This document shows positions 22,064 through 34,305 of a DNA stretch of 64,000 nt, one piece after another. A program made the translations under genes and the position numbers. Numbering within the stretch: the stretch's first letter is position 1; every line of letters begins with the position of its first letter. Location of the stretch: positions 1,602,845 through 1,666,844 of the forward strand of contig OZ251239.1 of NCBI GenBank assembly GCA_965240325.2. The letters run 5' to 3'. Below the pieces are notes generated by a model. That model had not been told where the DNA came from, searched no databases, and worked only from the letters and a program-made list of their open reading frames with translations. Source of the stretch: Rebecca billardiae RCC1528. Taxonomy: Eukaryota; Protista; Haptophyta.

Positions 22064-23148
22064 ATACTGCGGTCATGTTGAAGCCCCCCCCCCCATGTCC
22101 TTCTGTAGGGGGTAGGTGCACCCTGCTCGAAGGGCTGATGGGCTGCAGGGGGGGGGGGTGCAACCTGCTCAAGCTCTAGGCTGGCAGGCTGCAGCCGCAG
22201 GGGGCGGGGTGCAGGCACCCCGACTTCAGCAGGCCCATGGTTGGGTGCTTCGCGCAGGCGCGCGCCGCGGGCCCGGGCCGTGGCTGTCACAGTGTAGCAA
22301 GTGGTACCAGAACTCTGGAGAGCGCGCCTGCGGCGCAGGGAGTGACCTTCATATCATAGTAGTCTTCATCACGTATCCACCACCTCACGATATGCGCCTG
22401 CCCAGGGGCCACCGCACCTGCCTCGTGTCGGCGCGGCCCACCGTGCCGTCCGCGGACTGGCGACCGCAATCGTCGCCCCTGCCAGGGACTCAGCCGCCGA
22501 CTCGGTATTCATGAGCGGCACCCTGCCTAGGGTGGTCGGCGCGTCGCTGCTCGCAAAGTGCCCACCCAAGCAGACGCCCCAGCCCGGCCCAAGCTCGGCC
22601 ACTGCCATGCCACCGCGTGGCGAGCGCAACCGGTGCGCTCTGGGCTGACCAAGCCCGCAACGGCCGGGAGCGGCGCGGACGCCGCGCCACCGCGTCTGCC
22701 TGCCGTCGCGGTTGGATTGAGCACGGACCGTAGCACGAAGACACATGGCGTGCCAGCGCGCTGCCAGCCCACCAGCGCTCTCTGTTGCACGTACGCGCAC
22801 AACGCACGGCTTGGCCGGGCGGCCGGGGGCCGCGGGGCGGAATCCAGCGCCGCCATCGTCTTGCTTGGGCGCGCCTTCGGCGATGCTGTTCTGTTCCGGT
22901 AGGAAAGCGCGCCAAAAAGGGCCAAAAATTTTCTTCGCCTCGGGCCGGCGGGGCCCCGGGGGAGGCCCCCCGGACCCCCCGCTGTGGGTCCGGGGGCTGG
23001 CGCCCCCGGACTTCCGGTGCAGGGGGGGGGGGGGGGCTACCGCCTCGGCGGGCCGCGAGACGCTCAGGAGGGGGTTGGTGCAACCTGCTCACACCCAGAA
23101 GGGCCCACAGAAGGACACAGTGGCCGGGTTACAACATGACTGCAGTAT
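22064..23148. mobile_element. Putative non-autonomous TIR element (MITE-like, about 1.1 kb)
   Basis: 22064-22080 atactgcggtcatgttg matches the reverse complement of 23132-23148 at 16/17. 22096-22106 tgtccttctgt is the exact reverse complement of 23107-23117. Internal G/C palindromes at 22950-23010. No clear target-site duplication. Confidence 0.6.
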
Positions 23149-23408
23149 GACACGGTGGCGGGCGTCAATCTCGCCTGCCTGAGCTGTGTGCGTCTCTCAT
23201 TCTTAGTAAACTGTAGTAATAAGTATAACGCGAGTCGTCACGCGCGCGGCCGCATCACTTCCGGTGATCGTCATCGTCGTCGCCGCGACGAGTTTCTCTA
23301 TCGACCGCCTATCGGCCTGCCTCGTCGGGAGGCCGCTGCGCGCCGCGCGTTCATGCATCACGGCGCTCCGCGCCGCGCTCAGCGCCCGCGCTCCGCCAGC
23401 TGCTGCTG

Positions 23409-26219
23409 CTACAGGCGGTCGCCGCCCGCGGCCGCGCTCGTCACGGTCTGCGGCCGGCTCTCGCGGTGCGAGTCGCCGCCCGCGCCGTCCGCGGGCGCGC
23501 GCATCGGCCCGGGCACGCCGTGCGCCATGTGCAGCCCGGGGACGAGGATGGGCATGGGCACGCCCTGGTCGCGCGGCTTGGTGCTCACGATGCCGTACAG
23601 CGTGAGCACCTGCCGCCGCTGCGCCACCAGCGGCACGCGCGTGCCCACCACCGCGGGCGGCGGCTCGTCCGGCTCGGCGGCGGCGCCGGCCGGCCGCGCG
23701 CCCGCGAGCCCGCGGCGGGAGCGGCCGGGCGGCGGCGCGCGCTGCGTGACAGCGCTGACCATCTCGGCGGTGCGCGCCTCCATCCAGCGGTAGTACTGCT
23801 CCTTGAGCGCCCAGCGCTGCTGCCGCCGGCTCTGCAGCGTCTCCATCCGGTGCAGGAAGCCTTGCAGCTGCGCGCCGCACACACACACACGCGCACACGC
23901 GCACACGCGCACGCGCGCACACGGCAGGCGGCGAGACAGCGAGGGATCGGGCGCGGATCAGACGTGGCGCGCGCAACGGCGCGCGCGCGCGCGATCGGAG
24001 TGCGCGCACGCGCGGGCACGGCGCACGCGAGCGCGGGCGGCGCACCTGCGACCCCTTGGGCGCGACGGCCGCCTGGCGCGCCGTCCTTGCGCGCTCGATG
24101 CTGGCCGCGAGGCCGTGCAGCGTGGCGGAGACGCGCCCCTCGCGCATGCGCTGGTTGTAGGTGACGAGCTGCAGCGCCTCCTCGCGCACGCCGAGGGGGA
24201 GGTGCGCGGCGCCGTGCTCGAGCCCCGCCGAGAGCAGCGCCGTGTTCGACGCCTCCAGCGAGCGGTTCGCCGCGCGCAGCGACTCGGTGAGGCGCAGCGT
24301 GTCCGCCAGCGTGCCCGCGGTGAGCGCCGTCTGCGCCTCCGCGTCCGCCGTGCCGCCCAGCCGGTGCGAGGCCGAGCGCGCGAGCGCGCGCTGCGCGGTC
24401 TCGTCGAGCGCGCCGAGGCCGCGGCTCGCCATCGCCGCCACCGCGTCCGCCGAGAGCGTGCTGCCCGAGGGCAGCGCCATCTCCAGCTCGCTCCGCTGCC
24501 GCGTGGGGCTGGCCGCCAGCGCCAGAATCTGCAGGGCGCGCACGCAGCCGGGCAGCCAGCCAGGCACGCGCGGACGGCAAGGCGCGAGCGCGGGCGCGGG
24601 CGCGTGAGTCTCGCGCGGGCGCGAGGCGGGGCGCGCGGGGCGACGCGGGCCGGGCCGTGCGCGCGGCGGTGCGCGGCGTGCCCCGCACCTGCTGCACCCA
24701 CTGCGGCTCCGGCAGCGGCGCCACCGCCAGCGCGGGCGGCCGCGCGCCGCCGCGGCCGCCGCCGCCGCGCGGCGCGGGGTGGCGCGCGGCCGAGGGCCCG
24801 AAGAGGTGCCACGGCGCGTTGTACGCCTCGGGGTCAAAGTCGTCGTCCTCCTCCTCGCCCGCCGCCTCGCCCTCCTCCTCCGCCCAGCCGCCCCCGCGCC
24901 GCCCCCACAGGTCGGCGCCGCCCGCGGACGCGCCGTCGGCGCCGTAACCGTCGGCGTAACCGTCGGCGTAACCGTCGGAGTCGCTCGCGGCGGGCTCGAG
25001 GGCGGCGGCGGCGGGCGCGGCGTCGCGCGGGTCCGCGCCGCCCGCGAGCGCCGAGAGCGCGCCCGCGCCCGCCGCCCACGCGGGCGCCGGCCCCTTGCTC
25101 GGCGCCGGCGCCGAGCGGCGCGGCGCCGGGCCGGCGCGCGCGCGCGCCGCGCCGTCCACAATCGCCTCTGCGCGGCTGCGGCGGCTGGGCGTGCCGGCGG
25201 CGAGGGAGGAGCGCGAGGAGACGGAGCGGCGGAGCGGGAAGCTGGCGCCGACGTGCGGCGCGGCGAGCCCGCCGCCCTCCGCCCCCGCCCCGCCCAGCCC
25301 CTGCCCCACGAGCGCCAGCCCGCCCAGCTCCGCGCCCTGCCGCTGCTGCGCCGCGCGCTGCCGGTGCTCCGCCTGCATGGCGGTGAGCACGGCGACGGCG
25401 CGCGAGCCGGCGGGGGCGTTCTGCGCGCGGCGGGCCTTGACCGCGGCGCGCAGCTGGTGCAGCGCCGCCACCTCCTCGCCCAGCTCGTGCGCGCCCGGCG
25501 GCGCCTCCGCCGGCGCGGCGCTCGCGGGCGCGCCCGCGCCCGCGCCCGCGTCCGCGCCCGCGTCCGCGCCGGCCGCCTCGGCGCGCGCGCCGAGCACGCC
25601 AAGCGCGCCGCCGGGCGATGGCGGCGCGGCGGCGTGCGCGGGGTGCGCGGCGGGCCCGAGGGGCTGCCCGCCCACGCCCGGCCCCCACTGCACCACGCCC
25701 GCCCGCCTCGCCGCGGGCAGCACGTCGCTGAGCAGCAGGTCGAGCGCCAGGCTGAGCGCGTCCTCCTGTGCAGACGCCACCGCCGCCTCCAGCGACCCAA
25801 ACGCCGAGTCGTGCCGCGCCTCCACGCCGATCAGCGCGGCGCCGAGGGCGGAGCGCGCGCCGTTGGCGAGGGCGAGCGCGCCGCCCTCCTGCTCGAGGCC
25901 GGGCGGGCGCGCCGCCGCCCCCTCCGCCGCGCCGACCACGCCGCCGCCGGCCTCGGCGGCGGGCGCGGCGGCGGGCGCGGCGGCCGCGGCCGACGCCGCG
26001 CCGGCGGCGGCGGCGGCGCGCGCCGACGCGTCGAGCAGGGGCGAGGCGGCGGCGGCGCTCACCTCGGCGACGACGTCGCGCGCGCTCTCCGCCTGCGCCC
26101 ACTCGCCCACCTCGCCCAGCGCCGCCTCCGCCGCGCCGATCAGCGCGTTGAGCCGCACGAGGTCCGCCGCCTTGAGCGCCAGCGGCTCGGCGCCCACAGC
26201 GCCGCCCGCGCCCGCGCCC

Positions 26220-26262
<43 letters not shown>

Positions 26263-26649
26263 GCCCGCTGCGTCCGAGCCGCGCGTCGAGGCGGCGCGCG
26301 GCGGCGCTGGCCGCGGCGGCGCTCGCGTCCTGCAGGCAGCCGATCGTGTAGTCGAGCAGCGCGTGCGTGCGCTTCGAGCGCACGCCCAGCGCGGCCGCGC
26401 GGCGCGCGCGCTCGGCGCGCAGCTCGAGGGCGACGTCGGCAGCGCCCGCGCGCACGCCCGCGCTCAGCGCGGTCGCGGCCGCGGCCGTGAGGCGCGCGCC
26501 GGTCTCGCGCGCGGCGGCGTCGGCGGCGGCGGCCTCGCGCGCGGCGAGGAGCGCGCGCAGCTCCGTCCCGAGCGCCGAGTCCTCCGCCACCAGCTCCGCC
26601 GCCGTCCGCGCGCCACCGACGCCGCCGCCGCCGTCGCCGTCGCCGCCGC

Positions 26650-26680
<31 letters not shown>

Positions 26681-29257
26681 GCCGCCGGTCGAGCGGCGCG
26701 GCGCGAGCGGCGGCGGCGGCGTCTGCGCGCCGCCGGGCGCGGGCGCGGCGGCGGCGAGGGCGGCGCGCGCGAGGCGGAGCTTGTGCGCCGCGAGCTCGAG
26801 CCGCGTGCCCTGCCCGCGCAGCCGCGCGTCGAACGCGCCCGACAGCCGCTCGAGCTCGGCGGCGAGCGCGACCACGCCCGCGGCCGCCGCGTCGGCGCTG
26901 CCAATGCCCGGCGGCGCGCGCAGGTTGGGCGGCGTGCGCCGCCCGGCCATCGGCGAGCCGTCGGCCGAGCCGGCGCGGCGCCCGCGGCCGCTGGAGCGCC
27001 GCGCCGGCGGCGCGTCCACCACCGTCGCCGTCGCCCCCGCCTGCGAGGCCGCCGCCGCCGCGGCCGCCGCGTCCGCCGCCGCGTCCGCCGCCTCTTGCTC
27101 GGCGGCGCCGAGCGCGGCGCATAGCGCGGCGCGCTGCGCGGCCGCGGCCGCGGCCGCGTGCGCGCCCGCCGCGTCGGCGTCGGCGAGCGCGGCGCCGAGC
27201 GCGGCGGCGCGCGCGCGCGCGGCGTGCTTCGCCTCCTCCGCCTCCTCCAGCGCCTCCCGCGCCTCCGCCAGCCCCGCCCGCAGCCGCCCCAGCTCGAGGT
27301 GCATGGCGGTCAGGTCGTACTCCGGCTCGTCGTCGGAGGGGGAGCCGCCGCCGTCGGCGCGGCCGAGCGCGGCCGCGGCGAGCCGCGCGGCCTCGGCGGC
27401 GGAGAGCGGGGGCGGGTGGGCGGGTGCGAGGGCGGTGGCGGCGGCGGGCGCGGCGGCGCCGCCCTCGCTCCCGCCCTCGCTCTCCTCGCCCTCCTCGCCG
27501 CCGCTCCCGCCGTCGGCGCCCGGCGCGTGCGTGCGCGCCGCCTGCCCCTGCTGCAGTGCCGCGCCAAACGTGGCGCGCGCCGCGCGCACCATCGCGCCCT
27601 CGAGGCGCTGGCGCAGGTCGGCGTTCTCGAGCTGCGCCTGCTTGGCGCGCGCGGCGGCGAGGCGCGCCTCCTCGCGCGCCCCCCTCAGCGCCTGCTCCGC
27701 CTCGTCCGCGCGCACCCTCGCCGCCTGCGCCGCCGCGTGCGCCGCTTTGGTCCGCTCCGCCTCCGCGCCGACGTCGCCGACGATGGCGCAGAGGTGCGCG
27801 CGCGATGCGCCGTGCGTCTGCAGGGCGGCGAGCGCCTCGAGGGGCGCGCGGCGCTCGTCGAGCACGCCGAGCAGCGCGCCGCGCAGCTCGGCGTGCCGCG
27901 CGCGCCACCGCTTCGCCTCGCGCTCCGCTTCCCACACGTGCTCGTCCGCCGCCTCGAGCGCGCGCTCAAAGGTGCCGTCTCGCCCGCCCACCGCGTCCGC
28001 CTCGGCCGCGGCGACGGCGGCGGCGGCGCGCTCGCGCGTGAGCTCGGCGCGGGTCTCGGCGTGGCGCTCCTCCTCGGCCTCGGTCGCGGCGCGCGCCTCC
28101 TCCAGCGCCGCGCCCACCGCCTCCTTCTCCTCCGCCTCCGTGCGCAGCGCCGCCTTCAGCTTCGCCGCCAGCGTGCGCGACTGCTCGAGCTCGGCCGCCA
28201 GCCGGTATCCCTTGGCCACGTCCACCTCGTTGAGGATCTGCTCGCGCACCTGCGCGCGCAGCAGGTCGAGGAGGCGGATGTGGAGCGCGCGCGCGCGGTC
28301 GGCGGAGCGGCGGGAGCCCTGCTCCGTCGCGCGCGTCAGCTCGAACACCAGCGCGCGCACGGACTCGAACTGCTTCAGCTGCGCGTCGAGCGACGCCTCG
28401 TCGCGCACCGACGCGCGCCGCAGCCGCGCCGCGCCCACCGCCGCCGCCATCGCGCCGCGCGCGCTGCCGCCGCCGAGCTCGTCGGGCGGCGGCGGGTCGG
28501 AGCCGGTGGCGGAGTACTCGCTCATCCCGTCCGCCCCCTCGCGCAGCGCCGCCGCGCGCGCCGCCGCCGCCACCGCGTCCAGGCTCCCTCCGTCTGGCTG
28601 CTGCCCCTGCCCCTGCCCCGCCGCCGCCTCTGGCTGTGGCGCGCGCTCGTGCACGTACTCGGCCAGCGCGTCGTGCACCGCCTCGCGCGCGGGGGCGCGC
28701 GTGGCGTGCGCGGCGACGACGGCGAGCACGGCGGAGCGGCGCGCGGCGCGCGCGCGGTCGAACGCCTCCACGTCCTCCCACATCGACTCGGCGTCCAGGC
28801 CGCGCGCGCCGCCGCCCTGCGAGCCTCGCTCGTCCGCGTCCGCGTCCGCGCCGCCGCCGCCGTCCGAGCACGAGTCGCCGCCGTCCGAGCCGCCGTCGGA
28901 GGAGGAGGAGGAGGAGTCGGCGCCGGCGGTCTCCATGCCGGTGATGAACGAGACGCGCGCCGCCCCCTCGATCCGCCGCGCCTCGTGCTCGTACGCCTCG
29001 AGCGCCTGCGCCATCTCGGCGTGCACTTGCGCGAGCTCGGCGTTGGACTCCTGCTGCTCCTTGCGCGCCGCCAGCTGCGCCTCCGACACGAGCCGGTTGA
29101 TGGACGCGCGCAGGTTCTCGCCGACGGAGGCGGCCTTGAACGCGTTGTACGGCGAGAGCGCCGCCATCGGGTCGTCCGCCGCGCCCGCGCCCGCGCGCTT
29201 CGCCAGCCGCATCGCCTCGCGCGTGATCGCCGCGCGCGAGCGAGGCGGGCCGCCCTT

Positions 29258-29298
<41 letters not shown>

Positions 29299-29809
29299 CG
29301 CCGCCGCCGCCGCCGCCGCGCCGGCGGCGGCCGCGGCGCGACTCGCCCGCGATGGTGGAGGTGGCGTCCTCCGTGTACGCCCCGCCGTCCAGCTCGGCCG
29401 ACGCGCCGGGCAGCACGCCGCCGCCGCCGCCGCCGCACGCGCCGCCGCCGCCGAGCGCGCCGCCGAGCGCGCCGCCCGCGGACGCGAGCCCGCGGCCGCC
29501 CGGCGGGCTGGCGAGGCTGGGCAGCCCGCCCGGCGGCGGGCGGCGCGCGCCGCCGCCGCCGACGAGCGCCGTCGCCGCGCGGCCGTCCGCCGCCCAGCCG
29601 CCGCCCGCCGGCGCCGAGATGGCGAGCCCGTCCGCGCGGGTGCGCAGGTACCGGCTCAGACCCGGCGCGCGCGACGCGTCGTACGAGGCGCGCGGCTCGG
29701 AGGCGGCGCCGACGGCGTGGCGCACGCCGACGGGCAGCACGTTGCCCACGCGCGGCAGCGTCGCGCGCTCCACCGCGTCGAAGTCGGGCTCGAGGTACGG
29801 GCCCATCAT
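23409..29809 (-). CDS. Large Ala-rich coiled-coil hypothetical protein; introns 24529-24688 and 23868-24045
   Basis: Long ORF with E/A/R helical blocks such as QLKQFESVRALVFEL and LAAELEQSRTLAAKLKAAL. Two GT-AG introns link ORFs 23585..29938, 23203..25800 and 23409..23912 in frame. Confidence 0.75.
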
Positions 29810-29998
29810 GGCGCCTCGTCGTCGGAGGGGGCCACCACCGCCGCCCTCGCTCGCAGGTCGCCGTGCCGTAACGTCGTTTCTCGCCGGGGGCACGCGTAAC
29901 AGTCCGCGGCTGCTGTTCATTGCCGTATGCGACGACATTTTTAATCCCTGAAGGTTGAAATTCCTCGGCGGCGCACGATGGCGCCCTTCGATTGTCGG

Positions 29999-32900
29999 TC
30001 AGTCGAAGCGCATCCGGCCGGGCGACGGCGCGTGCATGGCGGGCGAGTCGCGCGACGGCTCGTCGACCGCCTCGCCCACCTCGCCCGGCGCCGGCAGCTC
30101 CTCGTCCTCCACCTCATCCGCCGCCTCCGCCGCCCCTGCGCTCGCGCCGGCCGGCGCGGCGTCGGCGGCGCCGCCCGCGCTCGGTGGGTGCGCGCCGCCG
30201 TGCGGCTCGCCAAACGAGGCGCGCGCCGGCCGCGCGCGGCTCACCAGGCCGATGGCGGTCTGCGGCGCGGGCCAGAGCTCCGCCACCTCGCCGCCGCCGA
30301 GCTCGCCCCCCGCCTCGCCCCCCGCGCCCTCCGCGCCGATCGAGGCGGGCACGACGACGTGCGAGACGCGGCGCGAGGCCACGCGCGAGGGCGGGCGCGA
30401 GCCCGTCGTGGGGCGGCTGGCGTCGGAGGCGCTGAGGCCCTCGTCCGCACCCTCCTCGATGGGCGCGTCCGCGCCGCCGCCCCCGCCGTCGTGCTGCGCC
30501 TGCGGCCGCGGCTGCTGCTGCGCCTGCTGCTGCTGCTGCTTCTTGGCCGCCTCCGCCTCCTCGTCGTCAGACGCGTACAGGCGGTCGTCCCACCGCACGC
30601 CCTCCGACGCGTCGCGCTCGGCGAGCAGCTCCTGCGGGCGCAAAGGGGCGCACGGGCGGGCGGGCGCGTCCGTGAGGCGGTGCGCGCGCGCAGCGGGGCC
30701 CCGCGCAGCGCAGCGCAGCGCAGCCCCGCGCCGCCCCTTCCCCTTCCGCGCGCGCACACACACGTTGGTGCGATGCGCAATGTCGGCCAGCCTCGAGCTC
30801 ATCTCGAGTCTGTACGGGTGCGCCCCCGCCTCCAGCCCGCCGGAGAGGGAGCAGCGGTACCCTGAAAGCACAGCACGCGCGCGCAGCACGCGCGCGCGGC
30901 GGGGCGGGCGGCAGGAGGCGGGGCGGCAGGAGGCGGGGCTGAGCGGGGCGTCCTGCCTGTCCGCGCGCGCGCACCTGCCACGCCACGCGCGCGCGCACCT
31001 GCGCCGAGCGTCTCGCCCGTGAGGTCGTCCGTGTGCGCAAACTCGGCCCAGCCCGCGGGCAGACCCGGCCGCAGCGCGAGCACCCAGCCCGCCAGCCACA
31101 CGCGCTCCGGGTGCGCGGGCAGCTCGAGCTCGAGCGCACCGCCCGCGATGTAGAGGGCTGGTGCGCACACGCACGCCACACGCACGCGCGCGCGCGCGCG
31201 CAGGGGCAAGGGCGGGCGGGCGGCGCGTCAGCGGGCCGAGGCGCGCGGCGGCGCGCGGCGGCGCGCGGGCGGGCGCGCGCGCCGCGCGTGCGCGCGCACC
31301 GGGCAGGCCGAGCGGCCGCAGCCGCAGCGCCTCGGCGCGCATGCGCGCGTGCGGCGCCGCCGCCTCGCGCGTCGCCTGCGCGCCCAGCTGGCGCAGCAGC
31401 GCCGCCCTCTCCTCGCGCTGCGCACAGCACGCGCCGCTCAGGCGGTCAGACGCACACGCGGCGGCGCGCGGCGCGAGGAGCGCGCGGCGTGCACGCGCGC
31501 GCGCGCACCATCACGCGGCGGTGCGTGCGGATCACGTCCGAGGCCAGGCCGGCGCGCGTGCCGCGCGGCCGCTCGCGCGGGTCGGACGAGTGGCGCAGGG
31601 CGAGCGACGGGGCGGCGCCGACGAGGCGGTTGCGGCGCATCATCGCCTGCGGCTGCGACTGGTGCGCGCGCACCAGCCTGCGCCGCCTCACCTGCGGCGC
31701 CTCCGCGTCCGGCAGCGCAAACTCGGGCGCGAGGCCCTCCTCCGCGCCCTGCGCCGCGACGGCGCGCGCGCGCGCGTCGCGCGGCGAGCCGTCCGCCCCG
31801 GCGCGCGCCGGCGGCTGCTGCTGCGGCCCCGGCGGCGGCCCCGGCGTGGGCGTGGGCGTGTGCGCGTGACACAGCGAGGCGAGGGCGACGCTCTTGCCGT
31901 CTGGCGCGCTCAGCACCACCCACTCCTCCAGGTGCGCCTGACGGCAGCGCAGCGCGCAGCAGCGCGCAGGGCGGGCCGCGCGTGAGCGCTGGGCGCGCGC
32001 GCGCGCGCGCGTGGCGGCTGTGCGCGCGCACGCACGCACGCGGCGCTGCGCGCACGCACCCACTTGCGCGCGCGGCCGCTGCGCCTGCGCTCCGCCGCGA
32101 CGTGCTGCTCAAACGCGGGCAGTAGCGGGTGCTCCTCCAACGTCTCGCCCGTCAGCTCGTGCACGTACGACACGTACTGCCCCTCGGCAGCGCCGCCGGC
32201 GGACAGCGCGCCCAGCGGCACGCTCAGCCGCCGGCCGGCGCCGCCACCGGGCGTGCTGTGCACCGAGCCGCCGCACCCGCCGCCCTTGGCGGAGAGCACG
32301 GAGGAGCGGCGGCGGCCGGAAGCGGGCTGGCCGGGCGCGGGCGGCGGGATGGCGAACGGGTCGGCGCCGTCCGGCACCACCTCGCGCCACAGCGCGGGGA
32401 GCGGCGCGACGAGCGCCTCCGCCGCCAGCCACGCCAGCCACAGGTCGGCCGAGCCGGGCGACAGGTCGATGCCCAGCCGCACGCACATGGCGCGCAGCGC
32501 GGACGCGGAGACGCGCGCGCGCGCCGAGGCGTGCACGGACGGGCGCGGGCGCATCTGCGCGCACGCCTTCACGCGCAGCCACGCCGCCGTCTGCCGCGAG
32601 AGCCCGGCCGCGTGCTCGTCGTCGTCGAGCAGCCCGAGCGAGCCGGTCGAGAGAGCGGCGGCGGCGGTGGCGAGCCGCGCCACCAGCCGCTTGTGCGCGA
32701 GGTAGCGCTCGCGCGGCGCCCAGCCCTCCGCGGCCGAGGGCTCGGGCAGGCGCACCTGCTCGCCCGCGCCGTGCGGCAGCTCGGGCGCCAGCGCGCGCAC
32801 GGCCGCGTACGCCGTGCGCAGCTGCGCCTTGATGCGCTTGCGCCCCGCGTACAGCGGCGCGTACCGCGCCACGACCTCGGCCGGGGGCGCGGCCGCGCTC

Positions 32901-33085
32901 GCAGCCTCCGCCTGCGCGCGCGCGAGCGCGGCAGGGAGCCACGCGCGGCCGGCGCGCGGGTCGGAGCGCGGCGGGCACGCGCGGTCGAGCCCGCCGAGCG
33001 CCTCGGACGCGCCCGCCGCGCGCCACAGCCGCAGCTTGGCGGCGTGCAGCTCGGACGCGCCCGGCTCGTCCGCGCCGCCGGGCTC

Positions 33086-33134
<49 letters not shown>

Positions 33135-34270
33135 GTGAGCCCGCCGCCCGCCGACCAGTCGCCGCCGTGCACGCCGCCGCCGAGCTCGGGCGCGCCGCGC
33201 GAGGCGGCGTCGGCGAGCGCGCGCGCGCACGCGGCCGGCTCGGCGGGCGGCACGCCGCCCGCGCACACCGCCGCCGCCGCGGACGCGAGCCGCGCGCCGT
33301 CCGCCTCGGCGCGCGCGCCGCGGCGCGCGGCGTGCCGCGCCGCGCGCGCCGCGCCCACCGCCGCGGCCGCCTCGTCCGCCTCGCGCCGCGCGCGGCCCAG
33401 CGCGTCGGCGAGGTACTTCTTCACGTTGAGCTCGGCGTACTGCGGCGTGTGCGCCGCCGCGAGGCTGACCGCGAGGTCGGACGGCACGAGCGGCTTGCCC
33501 GGCGTCGCGAGTGACAGCGCCTCGGCCGTGCCGCTCAGCTGCAGCTCGCCCACCGCCGCGGCGTCGAGCGCGCGCCGCAGCTCCTCGACCACGGCCGCGG
33601 GCTCGCCCAGGTGCTCCGACTGCGAGACGGCGATGCGGAACGGCACGTCCGCGCCGCCCTCGGCCGCGCCGCCGCCGCCGCCCTCGGCCGACGGCGCGTC
33701 GGCCGCGGCCGAGAGCGGCGGCACGAACCAGCGCATCTCTGCGGGCGGGCCGCCGTCCGCGCGCCCCGCGGGGCTGAAGCGCGCCTCGTCCACGCCGATG
33801 TACGCGGCGAGCTCGTCGAGCAGCGCGGCCACCGCCGCCGCCTTGAGCTCGGCGCCGTCCCTGCGCACGCCTCGGCGCGTCGCGCTGGGCGAGAGGGCGA
33901 CGCGCAGCACCGCCCACGTCGGCGGCACGCGCGCCGCGCGCTCGAGCTCGCCGAGCGCGGCCGCGGCGCCGGCGAGCCGCTCGGCGGCGGCGCGCGCGGC
34001 CTTGAAGCGCGGCTTGATCGTGCCCGAGACCGTCAGGTCGGCGAGGCAGCGCACGCGCCAGCGCTGCAGCTCCTCGTACCGGATCGCGTCGGCCGCGCCG
34101 CCGATCGCGTCGTCGACGCGCGCGCGGCCGCCGAGCGCCGCCGCCTCGGCCTGCAGCCGCTGCACGGCGCCAAAGCGCGCGCACACCTCGGACGCGCCGC
34201 CGAGCGCGCCGCCCGCGCCGCCGCCCGCCGCGCCGTGCCCCGCGCCGCCGTGCCCGCCGCCGTGCGCCTG

Positions 34271-34305
<35 letters not shown>

